Shown: positions 19,629 to 28,674, numbered from the stretch's first letter. The stretch is DNA of 32,000 nt from Acaryochloris marina MBIC11017 (GCF_000018105.1 NC_009925.1:2430001-2462000); one strand, 5' to 3'. Program-made: numbers and translations. Notes: a model not told the origin generated them from the sequence alone.

Positions 19629-19744
19629 AGCTCTATCACCCCATTGCCATATCTTTTCTGGTGCTGTCAGGAATGGCCATCGCCAAGCCCCGTTCAGCCA
19701 CCAACTTTACTCCAGTCTTGATCCATCCTCTTAAAGCAAGCCAT

Positions 19745-19808
19745 GGATTCTAGACAGAGGCCAATGAGCACCATCCTTGATGCAATCTTTGGCCTCTGTC
19801 TAGAATCC
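19745..19808. repeat. 20-bp perfect inverted repeat (strong hairpin) between convergent genes
   Basis: ggattctagacagaggccaa (19745-19764) is the exact reverse complement of ttggcctctgtctagaatcc (19789-19808). The loop is 24 nt. No flanking T tract is present. Confidence 0.9.
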
Positions 19809-19871
19809 TGGTACGAGTCTTGGTGAGGGTTTTCTTCAATCCAAGGCTTTAGTCGACAATCAATCTAATCG

Positions 19872-22256
19872 TCAGAAATTCAGTGGTTCCCAACGACTAC
19901 GGGCTTGGGAACCATCGCCTTGACGAGCCATCGCCAGTAGAAAGTCACTGGTTCCAATCAGCAAAGTGTAAATTAAATCCACAGTGAAGTCTTCTTCATC
20001 GACCGCACTAGGGGGTAAACGGGTCGCATTGGAGTCATCAAACACATCAAACCGATAAACCGGTCCCGACAGCGATCGACCTGTTTCACTTTGAGCCTCT
20101 CTCAGACTGATATTCGTGGATTCAAGCTTTTGAAAGGAAAGGATATGGAGTGATGCTTTATTCCCAACAGGTTCTAGTGTCCGATACATCCGTAGAGTCG
20201 CTAAAATTCTGCTGGTATACTCCTGAAAATCAATATCCTTGGTGGCCGCGATGGAAAAGCGTCCTTCCAAAGCATTAAAGGTATAGTCCGCATATTCATA
20301 GATGGGATAACGGACAGTTGTGCGGCTGCTATTTTCTGCAATCACCCGTGGCCCTCGCAAACCGTCCCAAGAAACACTGCCGTCTGTGGCACCATTTTCT
20401 TGATCAGTGAGTGGGCAAACAGTTCCAGTCCCTTGCGGACTACTAGATTGATCCCCAAAAAAAGTTCGTTCAGTATCGGGAGCAACTGCTGGCCAGAACG
20501 TACTCAAGGCGGCACAGAGCTTTGCATCTTCGGGAAACGGACTTCCCAATCCATAGGCAGAGAGATGAGTCGCTCCTCCAGGAATGCGATCACCGCTCGT
20601 ATCCCAGCCTGGAGCGAATACCCCGGCAGCAGCATCAGGGAGTGCGGCATGACGTGCTGTCGTGGGTACAACGGGCTTAGGCTGCAGTAAATTGATGTCT
20701 TGGAGTGCCGTCACAATCGCTGTAACCGTACTATCATCTTCACGAAATTCAGCATTAGCCAAGGTGATATTGGGGGCCGATCGCTCATCCGACAACGGAA
20801 TAGGTCCAGCTCGCCAAAAATCCCAGTACCCTCCTAGAACAAGCTGACGGAGCCAAGGAGGTTGAGTGGATAATGTGCTTTGGTCTTGAATCTCGCTCCA
20901 CCATTCATAGACTTCCCGTTGGTCTACTGCTGGGAAGAAGTCGGGAGCCGCGATTAGAGAGTAAGCAGGTATGGAATCCAAGGAATCCAGGGCAGGCACA
21001 GTAGCCTTGATCCAACCATCCCCCGTAAAGTCAGCAATATTGAGGGCTCGATATCCTCCCTGCGTGGCCTTGCCAACTACATCTGGACGATTGCCAAAGT
21101 AGACGGTTCTGCCATTGTCTACTTCAAATCGGACATGAGCATATTCCGGCCAGGGACGGACAGGAGGCCCTTCAGGTTCATTAAAACTGAGGGTCGGAGA
21201 AAAAGCATCATAAAAAGCACCCTGCATGGAAGGCGACTGAAACGTCAGCGGTGCATTGTTAAAGCTAGCCCGTGCCACCAGCGGCTGAGGTTGTGGACTG
21301 AGGAGACATGAACCCCCTTGAAAAATAGCCAATCCTTCTATGAGACCTTGTGCATTAATAAAGGGAGATTGCTGTCTCTCAGCAGCACTAAATCCTGACG
21401 GGAAACCAGCATCTTCCATGCGTTGATGCAATCGCTCCAACTTTTTATTCTCATGGTGGATGGAAAAGTCAATATCAATGGTTTCATCCTTCAGGCATTC
21501 ATCGCCATTGAAGAGTTTATGAACAGGTACCCAAAAGTCCCGAGTCTCGTCTCCTGGACGGGCCCGCGCAGGACCGAAGCGGCTTTCTTGAGCCCGAGAA
21601 CGAACGGCGATCCAAATACTGTAATAGCAAGGCAAAACTCGGATCATATTTTGGCTATCCCCCTCGCGAAACGGAATATAACCCCGGAGTTCTCCATCAT
21701 AAATAGCGTTTGCTGTTCCGACTCGGGCCGTTCCTGTGCGGGAATGGCATAAATCTGCATAACGCTGATGGGGGGTTTCAGGTGCAGGGCGATACTCTGA
21801 GGCAAAAACAGCGACAGCCAGCTCTACTGTGCCAATATCAGTGGCTAAGAGTTCGGCAGCATGTTGACGGACGTCAGCCAGACTACGATTAGTCGTGGAA
21901 TAAATGTAGTTAGCAATGGTATCGAGTTCTTCCAGCGTGGGAAACTCAGTAATAGCCTGGCTCAAAGCGCCTAACGGGGTGGACTGATCTGGTACCCGGC
22001 TGACGTTTGGTGAAGCAAAGGCGTGATACAGCAAGCTCGCCGCTGGATTTCCAGGTTCAATGCCTTTGGCCTGATTGGCAACAAAGTCTTCAAACCCTGG
22101 AATAGTTTTGTCGACATCGACTACCTCGTTTAATGCACTGGCAAGGGCACTCTCACTCATGTGCTTGATGCTGATACCATGCTTGAGCATGAGCCTCTGC
22201 CACCCTGAATTAGCCAGGCGATCGCAGATTCGTTTCACATCTGTAATTAATGCCAT
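19872..22256 (-). CDS. Large (794 aa) uncharacterised cytoplasmic protein
   Basis: Uninterrupted 794-codon ORF with host-like composition and one HIP1 site at 22218. It has no signal peptide or TM helix, and I recognise no catalytic or domain motif. Confidence 0.7.
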   Translation of the reverse strand: MALITDVKRICDRLANSGWQRLMLKHGISIKHMSESALASALNEVVDVDKTIPGFEDFVANQAKGIEPGNPAASLLYHAFASPNVSRVPDQSTPLGALSQAITEFPTLEELDTIANYIYSTTNRSLADVRQHAAELLATDIGTVELAVAVFASEYRPAPETPHQRYADLCHSRTGTARVGTANAIYDGELRGYIPFREGDSQNMIRVLPCYYSIWIAVRSRAQESRFGPARARPGDETRDFWVPVHKLFNGDECLKDETIDIDFSIHHENKKLERLHQRMEDAGFPSGFSAAERQQSPFINAQGLIEGLAIFQGGSCLLSPQPQPLVARASFNNAPLTFQSPSMQGAFYDAFSPTLSFNEPEGPPVRPWPEYAHVRFEVDNGRTVYFGNRPDVVGKATQGGYRALNIADFTGDGWIKATVPALDSLDSIPAYSLIAAPDFFPAVDQREVYEWWSEIQDQSTLSTQPPWLRQLVLGGYWDFWRAGPIPLSDERSAPNITLANAEFREDDSTVTAIVTALQDINLLQPKPVVPTTARHAALPDAAAGVFAPGWDTSGDRIPGGATHLSAYGLGSPFPEDAKLCAALSTFWPAVAPDTERTFFGDQSSSPQGTGTVCPLTDQENGATDGSVSWDGLRGPRVIAENSSRTTVRYPIYEYADYTFNALEGRFSIAATKDIDFQEYTSRILATLRMYRTLEPVGNKASLHILSFQKLESTNISLREAQSETGRSLSGPVYRFDVFDDSNATRLPPSAVDEEDFTVDLIYTLLIGTSDFLLAMARQGDGSQARSRWEPLNF

Positions 22257-23064
22257 AGTTTTGATCTCTCTTTAATGGGCAAATGAGACTAATGGGGAAA
22301 GATTGAATATTCAATTTCAGAGCACAACTAGGCTGCCCCCTTAGCTTGTACAAGTGCGTGATAGTTCAGAAAAATGACTCTGGTTGCTCGCGTTAATAAA
22401 CCAGCTTTTAGAATGTTGCTCGATGGAGCTAAAGCAGGGGCCAATAGTTCCAATCAGATAGTTTTAAATCAGCCCTAAGTGCACACAAACAAGGGCTAAA
22501 CTATCCTTCATAATTTATGAGAGTGAATTAACAGACCTCACATATAGTAGAGATTAAAAAGCACCTGAAATTCATAAAATCTGGTTGATTTGGCCTATAA
22601 ATCGTCCACGACTTATCAAGCTAAAGTCTTAGGCAGAAATATCTCATAAATTCTTTTATTAAGAAATAATTCAAGCACAAAAAATTCTCCACCTTAAACG
22701 AATACGCTTTACCCTTGTGCAAGCTATCAGTCGGTTGAGCAGTATTTATGCAACTCAGTTTAGATAAAGGCTTCTATATTCAGAGCTGCGTGCACAGCTT
22801 TTAGGTAGAAAGTAACGTAAACACTCTAAAAACCTCAACAATGAGTCTACCTTCCCGAAAATCCATAAGGCTTAATAAAATTTATAAACATTAATATCAA
22901 TAGGGAAAGGATGAGATTTATTTTAGGTTGCACTGATTATACTGATTAAAAATCCATAGACATAAAAAATTCACAGCTCTAGCACAACCATTTCTGACAA
23001 TGCTATTAACTTCTTAAAGTGTCTATATTTTCTTGTTAAAACTAAGCTTACTCAGCTTGACTTT

Positions 23065-24519
23065 ATGCCTTTACTTTCTTTGTCTAGAACAGCAAATCAT
23101 TCCTACTTATTGGCAATAGGGATGACCATCCTATGCAGTTGTAAGTTCATCTCGCCTCCCGTACCTTCAGCAGCAGAGCAGAGTCGTCTGACTGGACAGA
23201 AGGCCACGCAAGATTTGTGGCTTGACGATGAAGTTCGCCCATTATCTGGGAAACTTGATCAGATTCCCATGTTCAATAGCAATAGTCCAGAATGGATTAA
23301 GCAACCTGGCATTCTACTCTCAACCTTTCCTTCATCAGGCAAAGCTACTCCTGAAGCTCATCTCAACTTCGGCTTTAAGAACAACTTCACGTTATTTAGT
23401 CATCATTTTTCGCACACTCCCATTGATCTAAAAACGCTCTATTTAGGCATCATCGTTCATAACCCCAATACAGAAACGGTCACGTTAGCACTCAATACGG
23501 CTGCTAGTTACCAACTCGCTGAAGCCCCTTTCGACAAGAAGCCCTCCATTGCAGAAAATCCTGAGGGAACAGTTTTCTCCGGCCCCGGAGTCCGAACGGT
23601 GGATCAGATCCTTCGACAACTCAAGACCAATCAGCAACCTCAAAATCAAGCTGATTTCCCCAAAGTCCTGATCATTCCACCAGGGGAGTATCGTCTTCTA
23701 TTGAACCACCCAATTCCTGTGAAGGGTCTTGAGAAGCCTATCAATGGACGATCCACCTTCATGCAACTCCACAGCAATCAAACCGTGAATCTTGCTGAAC
23801 TTGCGATGTATGCGCCAACTACAAAATCGGGAGATGAACGAAAGCCGACCCTTGAAGAGTGGAAAAAACTACTGCTGACCGGAGGGCTTGCAGGTCCAAG
23901 GGACAAAAGGCCAACGCCACCAGGTCAGGGAGGCGTTTTAATATACAGTCGAGTATCTGGAGTGCAGGCAGGTTCCAACTGGCAAGCCCTATTGACGGAT
24001 CCAGGATCAAAACACTTATCTATTCCTGCTTCAGGCAAAGGCATTTCCTATGGAATTAGCACCTTGAGAGCCGGTCGTTTAGGTACAGCACAGACTCAGG
24101 CTGCTAAACTCCTAGCCCGATACACTGATACAGCTTACGAAGCTCATGGGAATTATTGTGTGTACTACGATTTATCTTTGCCATTACATAACCCCACGTC
24201 TAGCCCCAAACAGGTGACACTGACCCTTGCAACGCCCATCAAGGTAGACAAACTCAATCCAAAAGGATTACAGTTTACAATCCCGCCTCGCACACACCCC
24301 TATTTCCGAGGAACAGTTAGGTTGAGAATATCTGAGGACGATGGCGCTATCACGACTCAGTACGTTCATCTATGGCAAAGAACGGGAGAGCTGACCAAGC
24401 CAATGAGTACCCTAACTATCCCTCCAAAGACCACTAAAACGGTTTCAGTTGATTTCCTCTATCCACCTGACTCAACACCTCCACAAATCCTGAGGATTGC
24501 AACATCACCTGTTAAATAA
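23065..24519 (+). CDS. Secreted or lipoprotein-like conserved cyanobacterial protein, possibly DUF3370
   Basis: 484-codon ORF. The hydrophobic N-terminus has a lipobox-like LCSC (LLAIGMTILCSC). The size and all-beta-looking sequence fit my recollection of DUF3370, but that assignment is unverified. Confidence 0.6.
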   Translation: MPLLSLSRTANHSYLLAIGMTILCSCKFISPPVPSAAEQSRLTGQKATQDLWLDDEVRPLSGKLDQIPMFNSNSPEWIKQPGILLSTFPSSGKATPEAHLNFGFKNNFTLFSHHFSHTPIDLKTLYLGIIVHNPNTETVTLALNTAASYQLAEAPFDKKPSIAENPEGTVFSGPGVRTVDQILRQLKTNQQPQNQADFPKVLIIPPGEYRLLLNHPIPVKGLEKPINGRSTFMQLHSNQTVNLAELAMYAPTTKSGDERKPTLEEWKKLLLTGGLAGPRDKRPTPPGQGGVLIYSRVSGVQAGSNWQALLTDPGSKHLSIPASGKGISYGISTLRAGRLGTAQTQAAKLLARYTDTAYEAHGNYCVYYDLSLPLHNPTSSPKQVTLTLATPIKVDKLNPKGLQFTIPPRTHPYFRGTVRLRISEDDGAITTQYVHLWQRTGELTKPMSTLTIPPKTTKTVSVDFLYPPDSTPPQILRIATSPVK

Positions 24520-24643
24520 GACCGCATAAAAAGTGCAAGGGGTATGCGCTTTCTGCGAATTGCTAGCTGCAAACCCTCGTGTTTCGGCCACGGCAATTCA
24601 AACTATAGGAAGTAAAGGCTATTAGGCGTTCATCTGATAACAA

Positions 24644-25492
24644 ATGGTGGTAAATCAAATGATACCCATCGCACTAACCATTGCTGGCTCCGACAGCGGT
24701 GGTGGAGCGGGTATCCAAGCTGACCTGCGGACCTTTGCTTTTCACCGGGTTCACGGCACCAGTGCCCTCACCTGTGTGACAGCCCAAAATACCGTGGGAG
24801 TGAATCGGGTGGATGCCTTACCCGCAGCAGCAGTAGTGGCTCAAATCGATGCAGTTGCCTCTGATATTGGTGTGCAAGCAGCCAAAACAGGGATGCTGCT
24901 CAATGCAGAGATTATGGAAGCAGTGGCGGCGGCAGTTCAGCAACAGGATATTCACCAGCTAGTTGTTGATCCGGTGATGGTGTCGCGGGCTGGAGTAGTG
25001 CTGATTGATGAGGTTGCGATCGCAACCCTCAAAACCCACCTACTCCCCCAAGCCTTAATCCTCACCCCTAATCGCTATGAAGCCCAAATCCTGTGTGGTA
25101 TAAAGATTCAGACTCTCGAAGATATGCAGAATGCTGCCCAAAACATCTTCGATATGGGACCTAAAAATGTCTTAGTCAAGGGCGGAGGGATGAGCGATAC
25201 GCTTTTAGGTATCGATGTTTGGTTTGATGGCCAACAGATGGAGACCCTGAAGACGGAAACCGTTGCTACCACGAATACCCACGGCACGGGTTGTACGTTG
25301 TCGGCTGCGATCGCAGCCAATCTCGCCCTAGGCAAATCCCCCCTAGCAGCTGCTAAAGCCGCAAAAACCTACGTCACTCAAGCCTTGAAATATGCCTTAG
25401 ATATTGGTCAAGGTCAAGGCCCTGTCGGCCATTGGTTTCCCCTCGTCTCTAAAGCACCAGAAGCCTTAGGCTTTTCCCGCCTCTGGAGTTAA
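24644..25492 (+). CDS. thiD: Hydroxymethylpyrimidine/phosphomethylpyrimidine kinase ThiD
   Basis: LTIAGSDSGGGAGIQADL, VKTGML, KGG and THGTGCTLSAAIAA motifs are present. The start may be the Met at 24659 (MIPIALTIAG). Confidence 0.92.
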   Translation: MVVNQMIPIALTIAGSDSGGGAGIQADLRTFAFHRVHGTSALTCVTAQNTVGVNRVDALPAAAVVAQIDAVASDIGVQAAKTGMLLNAEIMEAVAAAVQQQDIHQLVVDPVMVSRAGVVLIDEVAIATLKTHLLPQALILTPNRYEAQILCGIKIQTLEDMQNAAQNIFDMGPKNVLVKGGGMSDTLLGIDVWFDGQQMETLKTETVATTNTHGTGCTLSAAIAANLALGKSPLAAAKAAKTYVTQALKYALDIGQGQGPVGHWFPLVSKAPEALGFSRLWS

Positions 25493-25710
25493 TCCTCAAA
25501 AGTTACAGTGTGCAAGGAAATAGCTATAAGTAGTCAGGTTCCATATCAAGCTGCACAGACAAAGCTCTCTCTTTCTTGAGATAATTATCCAAGTCTTTGC
25601 TGTCAAAGATACTGGTTACCATTTCGAATTACAACTCACCACAAAGATGTTTGTAGTTCGTCTCATCTAATATTTTGGCATACCTAATCATTATCTTTTA
25701 AATATAAATC

Positions 25711-26157
25711 ATGAAAAGAAAGCCCAAATTTAAGTTATATTACTCAAGCTTTATTCCCGTTTATAGAAGCAACTGCATATTGCTAATTACTTGCATGATT
25801 GGTAGTTCTCTGTTGTCAGGTAATATATCCGTTATCTCAATTCTAAACTTGATAGCAGGAGCAATGATTATTTCACTTTTTATGACACAGATTTCAATTT
25901 TATGCTTTCCAGTTGGGATTAATTCTATAGGTATTCGATCTTCCACTTATCAAATGTTTCACTGGCATCATACTATTGCCTGGCATGACATTCAGCAGGT
26001 TAAATCACAAAATATAATAGGGTTACGGCACTTGATTGCATCCGATTCTAAAAATCATCAAATCTATGTACCATTATACTTATCTAAACAGCGACAATTC
26101 GAACAAGAACTAAAAGATCTTTCCGGAGATTCAAATCCTTTAGCTAAAGCTCTTTGA
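25711..26157 (+). CDS. Small membrane protein with a possible bacterial PH-like (YdbS/bPH2-type) C-terminal domain
   Basis: Two N-terminal hydrophobic helices are followed by IGIRSSTYQMFHWHHTIAWHDIQQVKSQNIIGLRHLIASDSKNHQIYVPLYL, which resembles the bPH2 pattern. It lies in an AT-rich, HIP1-free patch. Confidence 0.45.
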   Translation: MKRKPKFKLYYSSFIPVYRSNCILLITCMIGSSLLSGNISVISILNLIAGAMIISLFMTQISILCFPVGINSIGIRSSTYQMFHWHHTIAWHDIQQVKSQNIIGLRHLIASDSKNHQIYVPLYLSKQRQFEQELKDLSGDSNPLAKAL

Positions 26158-26313
26158 TAGATTTAATGCATTTATGAAAAATTAATTTTTAACAGAGATT
26201 ATTTCGGTGAAATAAATGCTTTTATCAATTCATTTTTTTAGTCTTTTCTTAGTGACATCGATTCTTGCAGCTTTTATGAATTGTCAAATTGTTGCTAGTC
26301 AGTTTCCCTCATA

Positions 26314-27306
26314 ATGCCGCTTCAAATCCAAGCTCTGCTGCTAGCCATCACCACGATTTACCAAATCATTGTTTGCCTAATCGAAAACCGAACCTCACCG
26401 CCAGGGCAGCGCATTGATATCGGTAGCTATACCCTGCATCTCCAAACAATGGGTACGGGGCAGCAGACCATTGTGTTAGACCACAGCTTAGGGGGCCTGG
26501 AAGGCTATCTATTATTAAACAAGCTGGCCCCTCTAGGCCGAATCTATATCTATGATCGAGCGGGATATGGATGGAGCGATCATAGCCCTTACCCCAGAAC
26601 CAGCGATCAAGTGGTTAAGGAATTAGACCTGCTATTAACCCACGCCAAAGCCGAACCGCCCTATCTTTTAGTAGGAGATTCCTTTGGCAGCTACAACATG
26701 CGACTCTATGCCCATCGTTTTCCCGCAAAAGTGTCGGGATTAGTGCTAACCGATGGCCTTCATGAGCGCGCCATGCTGAACATGCCGTTGCAGCTCAAGG
26801 CCCTGAAGCTCTTCTTTATCTCCGGTTTTTTGATGTCAATTGTGGGGTCAGCCTTTGGCATTATTCGCTTGTTGCGGCTTTGCCAAGTGTTTAAGCTAGT
26901 GAAGCCAGCGTTGAGAAAGTATCCTCCAGCAGAGCTAATGCACGTTACCCGTTCCTTTTGTCGTCCCAAGCATTGGATTACCATGTGTCGAGAGCTGTGG
27001 AATTTAGACCAAAGTGGACGCCAGCTCCGAGTAGCGGAGAACTTAGGCACTTTGCCCCTCGCCAGCATCAAGTCCCAGTCCTTTTTCAAACCGTCGCTGC
27101 TAACGAGGCTGACGCCGCTGCGGAGTGCCAACCGCTTACGAGATAAAATCCATATCGATTTGATGCAGCTTTCTTCTGTGAGTAAACAGTTTCCCGCTAG
27201 CAATAGCAGTCATTTTGTGTGGGTAGATGAGCCAGAGGTAATGGTAGCGGCGGTGAAGTGGGTGCTAGCAAATCAGTCTAAAAATTCAAAGGAGCATGAT
27301 GACTGA
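26314..27306 (+). CDS. Alpha/beta-fold hydrolase with an N-terminal hydrophobic anchor
   Basis: HSLGG is an oxyanion-hole-type motif. The nucleophile elbow is GDSFG (G-x-S-x-G). A SSHFVWVDEP region supplies a C-terminal His. Confidence 0.8.
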   Translation: MPLQIQALLLAITTIYQIIVCLIENRTSPPGQRIDIGSYTLHLQTMGTGQQTIVLDHSLGGLEGYLLLNKLAPLGRIYIYDRAGYGWSDHSPYPRTSDQVVKELDLLLTHAKAEPPYLLVGDSFGSYNMRLYAHRFPAKVSGLVLTDGLHERAMLNMPLQLKALKLFFISGFLMSIVGSAFGIIRLLRLCQVFKLVKPALRKYPPAELMHVTRSFCRPKHWITMCRELWNLDQSGRQLRVAENLGTLPLASIKSQSFFKPSLLTRLTPLRSANRLRDKIHIDLMQLSSVSKQFPASNSSHFVWVDEPEVMVAAVKWVLANQSKNSKEHDD

Positions 27307-27880
27307 ACTTGCCCCTTGGAGATCGGCATTGAGTCGCGCCCTGCATCGGAATCGGTCATTGGTTTATGCCCGCTATGCCCAGTTGGCGACGGTACAGGCA
27401 AATCGTCCTGCCAATCGCACGGTGGTGTTTCGCGGTTTTTTAGAGGACAGCAATACGCTAAAGTTTGTGACGGATCGGCGCAGCAAAAAGATCGAGCAAA
27501 TTGCGAAGAATCCTTGGGGGGCATTATGTTGGTATTTCCCGAAAACCCGTGAGCAGTTTCGGATTTCTGGGGAATTGATGGTGGTGTCGGCCACAGAGGA
27601 GGATTCCGATCTTCTCCATTTGCGTGAGGTGGCTTGGTTAGCGTTATCAGAAGGGGCGCGATCGCAATTCGCATGGCCCCATCCAGGACAACCTAAAAGC
27701 GAGTCTGAAGCATCATCACAGGAAGCGATTGATCGCACAACTCCCTTGGAAGCATTTTGCTTGCTATTACTGGCCCCCCAAGAAGTCGATCATCTAGAAC
27801 TCAAAGGACAGCCTCATCAGCGATGTGGTTATACCTTAGAAGCCAACGATACTTGGAAACAACAAGTGCTGAATCCTTAA
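27296..27880 (+). CDS. PPOX-class FMN-dependent flavoprotein (pyridoxamine 5'-phosphate oxidase-related, Npun_F5749-type)
   Basis: WRSALSRALHRNRSLVYARYAQLATVQANRPANRTVVFRGF...CWYFPKTREQFRISG is typical of this family. It overlaps the hydrolase gene by 11 nt, which suggests an operon. Confidence 0.8.
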   Translation: MMTELAPWRSALSRALHRNRSLVYARYAQLATVQANRPANRTVVFRGFLEDSNTLKFVTDRRSKKIEQIAKNPWGALCWYFPKTREQFRISGELMVVSATEEDSDLLHLREVAWLALSEGARSQFAWPHPGQPKSESEASSQEAIDRTTPLEAFCLLLLAPQEVDHLELKGQPHQRCGYTLEANDTWKQQVLNP

Positions 27881-28608
27881 GCGGATACTGCAGCATGTCT
27901 TAAAACTTCCAGCACTTGAGTTGGGTCACAACCATAGATTCCAGCCCCCCAGGCTGCGTTTTGTTCGACCACTGCCCAACTGCGATCGCAAATCACACCC
28001 ACATCCACCACAGCTGCTTGGGGCAGGTCAATCGTCTCATCCGCTAAAATCTCGCCAACAAATTCAACCAGAGCTGCTTCTTCCTCAGGAGAATGGGCAA
28101 AGTGATTATCCCGCTGCAACACTCCCTCGTGGAGGTACACTGAGAAAGTTTTCAACGTCCGATTCAGAATAAAACAGCGAAATTCCTTTTCCCACTGCAC
28201 AATCTCAGAGATCAAAACGGGGGTTTCATCAGGGTATCCATTCGGTAGTTCAGACCCTGTATACACCCGCGCAGGGAAACTTTTATCATTTGGTGGTTTG
28301 ATAAAAGCAGCCGTCTCGATTTGCCTAGCCTGCTCCAAAGTACTCAAACGAATCGAACGCTGGCGATATGGCTCTGGTAGTTTTGGCAACCAGTCGATGG
28401 GTGGCTCTAGCAGACGGCGTTGAAATTGCTCAGCCAGAAGTGGCGCCATCAAAGCCTCCAAATAGAACACAGGCTCTTCAACTTCCAGCAGATGCGCAGG
28501 TACATCCCAACAAGTAATTCGCTCCACATCCCAACCCAGTTCAATCGCAGCACGCCATAAAGCTTGGGCATCGTCTGTATAGCGGGGTGTCAGCAGGAGT
28601 GTTGGCAT
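27877..28608 (-). CDS. Small stand-alone ATP-grasp domain protein (DUF4343 / R2K-clade-like)
   Basis: The N-terminus MPTLLLTPRYTDDAQALWRAAIELGWDVERI and the C-terminal VVDVGVICDRSWAVVEQNAAWGAGIYGCDP and EFRCFIL motifs match proteins I recall annotated as DUF4343 ATP-grasp. An HMM search is needed to confirm. Confidence 0.7.
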   Translation of the reverse strand: MPTLLLTPRYTDDAQALWRAAIELGWDVERITCWDVPAHLLEVEEPVFYLEALMAPLLAEQFQRRLLEPPIDWLPKLPEPYRQRSIRLSTLEQARQIETAAFIKPPNDKSFPARVYTGSELPNGYPDETPVLISEIVQWEKEFRCFILNRTLKTFSVYLHEGVLQRDNHFAHSPEEEAALVEFVGEILADETIDLPQAAVVDVGVICDRSWAVVEQNAAWGAGIYGCDPTQVLEVLRHAAVSA

Positions 28609-28667
28609 TAGAAGCTATCACGCAGTTCACACAAATCGTAGCGTGCAAAGTTATATCCAGCAGTCAT
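28608..28667 (-). CDS. Candidate 19-codon micro-ORF (MTAGYNFARYDLCELRDSF) translationally coupled to the ATP-grasp gene
   Basis: The ATG is at 28667-28665. The TAA stop at 28610-28608 shares base 28608 with the ATP-grasp ATG (TAATG). In the reconstructed pre-IS sequence, its ATG likewise overlaps the stop of the 106-aa gene (TAATG). I have no homology evidence. Confidence 0.3.
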   Translation of the reverse strand: MTAGYNFARYDLCELRDSF

Positions 28668-28674
28668 TAATCTT
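28667..28674. repeat. Target-site duplication, left copy (TTAATCTT)
   Basis: Identical 8-mer directly abutting both IS ends. An 8-bp duplication is the ISL3-family norm. Confidence 0.9.

Noticed and set aside
22374-22478. 34-codon plus-strand ORF (MTLVARVNKPAFRMLLDGAKAGANSSNQIVLNQP) inside the AT-rich spacer, ending in the 22471-22497 hairpin
   Set aside because: It has no convincing ribosome-binding site and no recognisable sequence features. An ORF this short is expected by chance in 800 bp, so I kept it only as a note under the spacer finding.
24520-24643. Possible TPP riboswitch upstream of thiD
   Set aside because: I looked for the conserved CUGAGA and ACCUGAUCUGGAUAAUGCCAGCG-type elements and found neither. 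The leader is only 124 nt and contains a weak terminator-like hairpin for the upstream gene.
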